Assembly (NCBI GenBank): GCA_051294375.1
Contig: CM119267.1
Location: forward strand, 19,504,709-19,568,708
Origin: Paraspadella gotoi
Lineage: Eukaryota; Animalia; Chaetognatha
Direction: 5' to 3'
Length of the DNA: 64,000 nucleotides
The notes under the pieces: model-generated
What the model saw: the letters and a program-made list of their open reading frames with translations, nothing else
What the model was told of the DNA's origin: nothing
Database searches by the model: none
Made by a program: the position numbers and the translations under genes
Shown: piece after piece, positions 55,616-64,000 of the stretch
Position numbering within the stretch: the stretch's first letter is position 1
How the letters are laid out: the number at the start of each line of letters is the position of its first letter

Positions 55616-57345
55616 ATTACCGTTATTTTTTACTCACTTTTTACTTTTCACTTTTTACCGCTTATTAACTTGCCATATGTTTTAGACTGTTTCGCGATTC
55701 GTCATTGAAGCAGTTTTAACTTTTTTATATTTTTTAAAATTAATATTACTTGTTTTTACTTTTTTTCATTTTATCTTACCTTCGCCCGATTATTTTAACA
55801 ATGAAATACAACAACGTCTAATATTTTTTTCCATTTACTCATCGAAGTCACGAATACGAATCTGTGGCATTAATATTTGTTCTGATAATATTCCCATGGT
55901 GCACCATCACTCATTTCCATCCTTTGCTGTTCACGATTTCACGCTAGAGACGAAGTCAAAAGGTCAAAAGGTCAAACTCTTGCTCGTTCGATTCCTCGAA
56001 ATTGGCGCAACCCGGAAAACCTCGATTGCGTCGGTGATGGAACAAATTAATTTTACTTGTGTCTCTCCATACCACCATACATACTTTGCGGCAGATCCAC
56101 TTGACTCTCTGCTCTACTCTCTACTCTACTCGTATCTCTACTTCTCTCTCTCTTCTCATCTCTCTCATCTCATCTCTCTCCATCTCTTCTCTCTCCTCTC
56201 GTCCCTCATCACCTCCGTCTCGTCTCGTCTCTTCCTCCTCTCATCTGATCCTCAAATTCTCTTCAAAAATTTAATTTACTGTGTGTCTCACCATCGGCGC
56301 CACACCCCTTTCAATCTTGACGGCACCTACCTTGACTCCCTCTCTTCTTCTCGTCCACTGTCTCTCTCCTCTCTTCTTCTAATCTGTCTTCCTCCTTGTC
56401 GTCTCTGTCTCCCCATCTCTATCTGGTCTACTCTCTGTCCTGTCTGTCTCACTCATCTGCTCTCCGTCCCCTCCATCTCTCTCTCTCTCTCTCTCTTCAT
56501 ATTCTCTCCCCTCCCCCTTCTCTCCTCTCTCTCTCTCTCTCTTCTCTCTGTTTTCTCTCTCCCTCTCATCCCAGCTCTCTCTTCTCTCATCTCATCATCT
56601 CGTCTTCTTCTCTCTCTCCTCTCTCTCCCCCTCTTCGCCTCCTTCGTTTTCTTCTACTCTCTCTTCTTCTCTCCTCTCTCTTACTTCTCTCTCCTCTCTC
56701 TCTGCGTCTCTTCTCTCTCTCTCTCCTCTGCGCTCTCTCCTCTCTTCTCTCTCTCTCTCCTCCTCTCCTCCTCTTCCTCTCCACTCTCCCCTGCCGTCTT
56801 CTCTCTCTCCTTCTCTCCTCTCTCTGCCTCCTCTCTCCCCCCCCACCTCTCTACTCTCTCGCCTTCTCCTGCCCTCCCCCCCCTCTCTCCTCCCTCTCCC
56901 TTCCTCTCTCCTCTCACTTCCCTCTTCTCTCTCTTCATCTCATCTACTCTCTCCCTCCACTTCTACCTCTCTCTCGCATCTGTCCTCCACGTTTCCCTTA
57001 TCAGTCGTCGTCGTCGCCCTCGATACGTGTCGTCGTCGTCTCCAAGGAAACGCGCGCGAAAATCGACGCCCTTCACGTGAATGAGAGAATGAAGTCGCGA
57101 TTTTCGACGGATGACGTTAACGAACGACGAAAGTCCAATCGATGTTTCGACGGCGTTCGCCGCATCCTCTATCGGCGAACTGGGCAAAATTGATCACGTG
57201 ACGTAATATCACGAATATTAATTGATCATTTTCTCCCATTGTTCATCGTTGTCAAAATTTTAAAGGGTGAATCAATCCAAACTGCAAACATTTTCTCTAA
57301 CGGCGAACGACAAAAGTCAAACGTCTAACGGCGAACGTCCAACGA

Positions 57346-58308
57346 CGAACGAATATTCGTCTTCCGTTCTTCGTCGTCGCCATATNNNNNNNNNNNNNNN
57401 NNNNNNNNNNNNNNNNNNNNNNNNNNNNNNNNNNNNNNNNNNNNNNNNNNNNNNNNNNNNNNNNNNNNNNNNNNNNNNNNNNNNNNNNNNNNNNNNNNNN
57501 NNNNNNNNNNNNNNNNNNNNNNNNNNNNNNNNNNNNNNNNNNNNNNNNNNNNNNNNNNNNNNNNNNNNNNNNNAGATTTTATTCTTCGCTTTCGTCTTTT
57601 TCATTTTCGTCATCGTTTTCGTCTTCATCATCTTTCGACGTTTTCGTCATCTTTGTTCGAATTAGTTCTTCTTTCTCATTGACAACTTTATTCTCCTCAG
57701 ATTATTTTCCTCTTCACTTTCTTTTTTGTCAGCGACTGACGAATCTTCAACATTTTTTTCTTTGTCATCTTTTGACGTCCGCGTCAATTTCTCTGTCATT
57801 TACGTCCTTGTCTTCCACTTTCTCTTCTTAGTCATCTTTGACTTTCGTTTAGATCCTCATATTTGCCTTTGTCCTCTACATGTACTTCTTCATCATCTGT
57901 GACTTCTGCATCTTTTTATTCATCATCTTTGACTTGCCCATCATTTTCTACATCATCTTTGACTAGCACTTCCTTTTCTACATCAGCATTGTCTTCCCAA
58001 ACCTTTTCTACATCTTCCTCGTCTTTTACATACTTGTCTCCATCATCTTTGTTTTTCACATTATTTTCTCCATCAACTTTGCCATCCATATCCTTTTCTA
58101 AATCCTCCTGGTCTTCCACAGCATCAACATCATCCTCATCATCACAGTCTCTCCAAAGACTCATCCACGCGTCTCCTTTTCCACCAAAACAGGAAAGAAA
58201 GAAAACAAATTCGTTTTTCTTCTCGTTTTTTTTTTTCGGCGACTTTTTTCTCACGGTTTCCGACTCTCCATTATCGCCCCTTTGTTCTTAGTTGTTGATC
58301 TTTTGTTA

Positions 58309-58345
<37 letters not shown>

Positions 58346-61300
58346 NNNNNNNNNNNNNNNNNNNNNNNNNNNNNNNNNNNNNNNNNNNNNNNNNNNNNNN
58401 NNNNNNNNNNNNNNNNNNNNNNNNNNNNNNNNNNNNNNNNNNNNNNNNNNNNNNNNNNNNNNNNNNNNNNNNNNNNNNNNNNNNNNNNNNNNNNNNNNNN
58501 NNNNNNNNNNNNNNNNNNNNNNNNNNNNNNNNNNNNNNNNNNNNNNNNNNNNNNNNNNNNNNNNNNNNNNNNNNNNNNNNNNNNNNNNNNNNNNNNNNNN
58601 NNNNNNNNNNNNNNNNNNNNNNNNNNNNNNNGAGAACGTAGCCTCGAGTAAAAGAGGATCCTAATCTGACCTAGAAAGAAAGAAAGACGCCGACCAAATC
58701 GAACGCGAAGGAAAAAAAAAGGGGGGCGTCTCTCATTGAGCGTTAAAACGAACGCTAAGAAAACAAGGACTCGGAAAGAGACTCACGTCGATAATTCGAA
58801 TCACCGAGCGTCACCTATCGTCAACCAAATCCGATAACGAAGCGTCGAGAATGTCGCGCCGATAATTAGCGAGGCGCCGATCGGCACGCCCTATATATCG
58901 TCGCTCTTCGCGAAACAACGACAACAATAACAATAACTTATCGGCGGACTCCGTTTTCTAATTCTGCGTCTCTCACTTCCGGTTTACGGTTCAGGCGAAA
59001 GAACTCGACGCTGCGAAGTTCGTCTTTATAACCTCCGCCTCAGGTAATTGGGAGAGTCGTTATCGGTGTCGTCGTTGTCGTCGTCGCCTTTGTCTCTTTT
59101 CGTCGGCGTCTTTGCCCCCTTTTCGTCGTTATCTTCGTCGTCTCCTTTGTCCCTTTCCATCCCTATCTTCGTCGTCTCCTTTGTCCCTTTTCATCCCTAT
59201 CTTCGTCGTCTCCTTTGTCCCTTTTCATCGGTATCTTTGTCTTCTCCTTGTCCCTTTTCGTCGTCGTCATCATCGTCGTCGTCTTAGTCCCTTTTCCTGG
59301 CCATCATCGTAGCTTTTATGTTTTCTTTTCCTCGTTATCATTTTCATCACTTTTGTCTCCTATGACATTATCTTTATCATCGCCTTTATTTCTTTTAACT
59401 ATTTTTCCTGATATTGCCATCACAAATTTCCTCGTTATCATTGCGGCCTCTTTGTTCCTTTGGTAAATCGTTATGTCGAGCTATCAACGTCTTCATTTAT
59501 ANNNNNNNNNNNNNNNNNNNNNNNNNNNNNNNNNNNNNNNNNNNNNNNNNNNNNNNNNNNNNNNNNNNNNNNNNNNNNNNNNNNNNNNNNNNNNNNNNNN
59601 NNNNNNNNNNNNNNNNNNNNNNNNNNNNNNNNNNNNNNNNNNNNNNNNNNNNNNNNNNNNNNNNNNNNNNNNNNNNNNNNNNNNNNNNNNNNNNNNNNNN
59701 NNNNNNNNNNNNNNNNNNNNNNNNNNNNNNNNNNNNNNNNNNNNNNNNNNNNNNNNNNNNNNNNNNNNNNNNNNNNNNNNNNNNNNNNNNNNNNNNNNNN
59801 NNNNNNNNNNNNNNNNNNNNNNNNNNNNNNNNNNNNNNNNNNNNNNNNNNNNNNNNNNNNNNNNNNNNNNNNNNNNNNNNNNNNNNNNNNNNNNNNNNNN
59901 NNNNNNNNNNNNNNNNNNNNNNNNNNNNNNNNNNNNNNNNNNNNNNNNNNNNNNNNNNNNNNNNNNNNNNNNNNNNNNNNNNNNNNNNNNNNNNNNNNNN
60001 NNNNNNNNNNNNNNNNNNNNNNNNNNNNNNNNNNNNNNNNNNNNNNNNNNNNNNNNNNNNNNNNNNNNNNNNNNNNNNNNNNNNNNNNNNNNNNNNNNNN
60101 NNNNNNNNNNNNNNNNNNNNNNNNNNNNNNNNNNNNNNNNNNNNNNNNNNNNNNNNNNNNNNNNNNNNNNNNNNNNNNNNNNNNNNNNNNNNNNNNNNNN
60201 NNNNNNNNNNNNNNNNNNNNNNNNNNNNNNNNNNNNNNNNNNNNNNNNNNNNNNNNNNNNNNNNNNNNNNNNNNNNNNNNNNNNNNNNNNNNNNNNNNNN
60301 NNNNNNNNNNNNNNNNNNNNNNNNNNNNNNNNNNNNNNNNNNNNNNNNNNNNNNNNNNNNNNNNNNNNNNNNNNNNNNNNNNNNNNNNNNNNNNNNNNNN
60401 NNNNNNNNNNNNNNNNNNNNNNNNNNNNNNNNNNNNNNNNNNNNNNNNNNNNNNNNNNNNNNNNNNTTTCCTCGCTTTATTTTTCTCACTATTTTTCCCC
60501 CCGTCCTTATTCTTCCGAACCCTAAATTGCCTCTTATTCTCTTAGGAAATATTAGCTAGGAGTAAAAAATTTTATTTTTCTGGTTCTCCCTTTATTTTTA
60601 ATTCCTTTTCATTTCCTAATTCTTAATTCATCAATTTTAATTTATAATTCCTCATTTCTCTTAACCTTAATTCATATATTACTCAACATTCCATTTCATA
60701 TAACCCCTCCTCTTCTTTCTATTTCAAATTTNNNNNNNNNNNNNNNNNNNNNNNNNNNNNNNNNNNNNNNNNNNNNNNNNNNNNNNNNNNCCTCCACCGC
60801 CGAAGATAACTTTGGCCGAAAGTCGTTGTCGATTTCGAGCTAATGGCGCGAGGATTTAGATGCAGGGCGCCCGATGTCCGCGCGCTCAGAGTCCAAAAGG
60901 CAAAACACTTGGGGACAGGGGAGTCGTAACGCCCGGCCAGGTCAAGGAGCTAAAAGTTGCGGGTCTCTGGTTGAAGTCCTTGCAAATTGGGCAGCTTTCC
61001 ATTGCCAAGCGCTATATGCCAGGTGGCTGGTGCCAGATCTCTGTAAATGTCTCTAAAGCAAACGGTGACCTCTACTGGAATGAATGTGACGCCTGTTCGA
61101 CAGAGCCCCGATGGCTCTCAGGCCCTTCAGTGCCTCGAGAGTCGAGACGACCCCCCAAGGTGGCCGGAAGGGCGCCAGGATAACGCCCGCGGTCGCCATG
61201 NNNNNNNNNNNNNNNNNNNNNNNNNNNNNNNNNNNNNNNNNNNNNNNNNNNNNNNNNNNNNNNNNNNNNNNNNNNNNNNNNNNNNNNNNNNNNNNNNNNN

Positions 61301-62444
61301 NNNNNNNNNNNNNNNNNNNNNNNNNNNNNNNNNNNNNNNNNNNNNNNNNNNNNNNNNNNNNNNNNNNNNNNNNNNNNNNNNNNNNNNNNNNNNNNNNNNN
61401 NNNNNNNNNNNNNNNNNNNNNNNNNNNNCTTCCCTTTAAATTTTTTTTTTTTGCATTTCCTCTCAACCTTAAAAAGCAATCGAGGGTCTCCCTGGGAAAA
61501 AAAAACTCTCTTTGGACGTTCTCTCTTTTTCATTCTATCTTTCTTTCCTTGCTCCCCCTCTTTCTTTCCTAGCCTTTTCTGCTTTCCACCCTCCTTTACG
61601 TTTTCTTTAAACCTTCCTCTCTCCTTTTTCGGATTCTCTTTTCTTTTCTCCCCTTTTCTTTTCCTAAGTTCCCTCCTCTCTGTTCTCTCCTTTTTACCCT
61701 CTTTAAACTCTCCTCTCGATCTGAAGCGACAATCTGCAATCAATGATACCGATCGATTTCATCCCTAATATTTTCTTCCTCCCTCGACCCAACCTTTAGT
61801 GATTCGCCTTTCCATATCATACTTTCCTTGTTCTATCTTCNNNNNNNNNNNNNNNNNNNNNNNNNNNNNNNNNNNNNNNNNNNNNNNNNNNNNNNNNNNN
61901 NNNNNNNNNNNNNNNNNNNNNNNNNNNNNNNNNNNNNNNNNNNNNNNNNNNNNNNNNNNNNNNNNNNNNNNNNNNNNNNNNNNNNNNNNNNNNNNNNNNN
62001 NNNNNNNNNNNNNNNNNNNNNNNNNNNNNNNNNNNNNNNNNNNNNNNNNNNNNNNNNNNNNNNNNNNNNNNNNNNNNNNNNNNNNNNNNNNNNNNNNNNN
62101 NNNNNNNNNNNNNNNNNNNNNNNNNNNNNNNNNNNNNNNNNNNNNNNNNNNNNNNNNNNNNNNNNNNNNNNNNNNNNNNNNNNNNNNNNNNNNNNNNNNN
62201 NNNNNNNNNNNNNNNNNNNNNNNNNNNNNNNNNNNNNNNNNNNNNNNNNNNNNNNNNNNNNNNNNNNNNNNNNNNNNNNNNNNNNNNNNNNNNNNNNNNN
62301 NNNNNNNNNNNNNNNNNNNNNNNNNNNNNNNNNNNNNNNNNNNNNNNNNNNNNNNNNNNNNNNNNNNNNNNNNNNNNNNNNNNNNNNNNNNNNNNNNNNN
62401 NNNNNNNNNNNNNNNNNNNNNNNNNNNNNNNNNNNNNNNNNNNN
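57346..62444. other. Gap-rich scaffold region (multiple long N runs)
   Basis: N runs at about 57386-57573, 58346-58631, 59502-60466, 60732-60790, 61201-61428 and 61841-62444. Confidence 0.95.
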
Positions 62445-63099
62445 AGAGAGAGAGATGTCTTTGGCGTTGCTCTTTTTTTTCACGTTTTTTTTCTTTCTTT
62501 TTCGACCGCAATTTGGTCACAGATTCTCAGAGACTTTTCGCTCGATGGTCACCGTTTAAATCTCAGCGAATAGATTTTTTTTTAGCTGATGCAATAACTT
62601 TATATAAATGTTGACAGTGAATAGAAAATTCTGTCTAATTAGTTTTATTCATACGTACACAATTATACATACATACATGCTCAAACCTTGAACGACGTCC
62701 AATATCTTGAACATTTAAATTACTTCTTAGCTGATTATTTTAAGACTAGAAAAGTACCTGTACGAAAGTAGAACAACACAGGCCCACCTTTTTCTTCACT
62801 GATCATTTCCATTTCTTAGCCACTAGTCTTGACATCGACAGCTGATTCACAGTCTTTTCATCGCCATTCACCGAACCGATTACCGTCGATGTGAGGTCGT
62901 TTTCACGCCAGCGTCGGAACCAATCATTACTCACCTTTTTTTATCGAAATTTTCCATTTCAATGCGACGCCATTTTCTTTAAAATTTTTCACGCGTAAAC
63001 CCACCCTTTTAGACCAAATAGATAATAGACATAGCTTATTAAAAGTTAATTATTGCTAGCTCTTTTTTCTTTTTTTTCTCCAATTTCAAGACAACAGTT

Positions 63100-63670
63100 T
63101 TGTCGCCATTTTGAAAGCCATTTACCGCCTCTTTAAGGCCTTTGACGGCCATTTTTCGACCGACTATTGACCATTTTCGCCATTTTTTCGCCATTTTCTC
63201 TTCCATCTATAAACAATTTCTTCTTCATTTCTCTGCCATTTTTCCGCCATTTATTCGCCATTTCCCCGAAATTTCACTACCATTTCTTCGCCATTTCTCC
63301 GCCATTTCTCTGTCATTTCTCCGCCATTTATCCGCCATTTCACTGCCATTTCTCCGCTATTTCTTCGCCATTTCTCCACCATTTCTCTTCCATTTATTCG
63401 CCATTTCCCCACAATTTCTCTAACATTTCGCCCCAGTCTCCGCCATTGTCTGCCATTTTCCGCCACCTGCCCACTCTTGCCATTTCTTCGCCATTTCTCC
63501 GCTATTTCTCTGCCATTTCCCCGGCAATTTCTCTGCCATTTTTCTGCCATTTCTGCCGCATTCTCCGCTATTTCTCTGCCGACTTCCCCGCAAATTTCTC
63601 TGCCATTTTTTTTCTCCGCCATTTCTCCGCCATTTCTCCGCCATTTCTCCGCCATTTCTTCGCCATCTGA
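63100..63670 (+). repeat. Degenerate 11-bp tandem repeat (GCCATTTCTCC)n
   Basis: Dozens of GCCATTT-containing units; these produce the spurious FSAIS/RHF ORFs. Confidence 0.9.
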
Positions 63671-64000
63671 CCTTCATCGCGTCCCTTTTTTTTCCTCCTC
63701 CTTTCCTTCGCTCGTTTTGCAGTCGACGTCGCTTAACAAGAAACGGATTTGTTTTGTTCCAGACCAACTTTTTTTCCCCTCTGGTTGGCGTTGAGAGTGG
63801 AGTGTATGGGGTAGTGGAGCGATGATTGATTATTATATTATATATTATTATGTTATTTTATATTATATTATATTATATTGATAATATTCTCAGATCGCTG
63901 CAGTTTGGACGATTCATGTGAAAGGTAATTGTTTGAACTTTAACAAGAAACGGGGATTTAATAGCGAGAGTTTAAACGGAGCTCGACGTAAAAATGAGAA

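Larger units (their letters stand above)
32400..55830. repeat. Giant inverted duplication (arms about 32400-44426 and 45139-55830)
   Basis: 32400-37100 is the reverse complement of about 52480-55830, 37095-43230 of about 46320-52490, and 43247-44426 of 45139-46318. The centre is a 25-N gap plus 44452-45138 (reverse complement of about 33793-34490). Confidence 0.92.

Noticed and set aside
57780-58254. Acidic D/E/K/V-rich minus-strand ORF, with possible stop-codon reassignment
   Set aside because: It is a degenerate GATGTAGAAAA-type repeat with in-frame stops. The two real genes end in standard TAA and TGA, so there is no evidence for an altered code.
57267-62614. ORFs of 100-381 aa full of X
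   Set aside because: They run through N gaps.
62785-62940. HMG-box-like phrase (MSRLVAKKWK..SEEK) on the minus strand
   Set aside because: It needs a frameshift at an in-frame TGA and lacks a recognisable helix 1; too short to support.
63142-63794. Repetitive FSAISPPFLRH / MAEKWRRNGGE ORFs
   Set aside because: They are translations of an 11-bp tandem repeat that is open in several frames on both strands.

Overview
This is a eukaryotic, probably invertebrate metazoan, draft-assembly window with many N gaps and dense (CT/GA)n, (GAC)n and poly-T tracts. Nearly all six-frame ORFs are low-complexity noise. I reconstructed two intact, convergent spliced genes by hand, both with all-GT/AG introns. 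The first is an 11-exon H+/myo-inositol cotransporter (SLC2A13/HMIT-like, + strand, 9851-13925, 615 aa). The second is a 7-exon cathepsin L-like cysteine protease (- strand, 20016-16530, 339 aa), flanked on both sides by diverged direct copies of one repeat. From about 21.3 kb to 55.8 kb the window is mostly one locus written two to three times. It forms a giant inverted repeat (about 32.4-44.4 kb vs 45.1-55.8 kb) with indel-rich copies, a DUP-INV-DUP switch, exactly-25-N gaps and a perfectly mirrored 1180-bp AT-rich core. This most likely reflects long-read gap filling and/or amplification chimeras rather than biology, although the breakpoints fall on transposon hairpins and TIRs. Also present are Helentron/HINE-like elements, a probable MITE, tRNA-like SINE remnants, several minisatellites, an RFX X-box/ETS promoter candidate and unassigned exon-like fragments. 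I found no convincing novel multi-gene system; the best leads are listed with tests.
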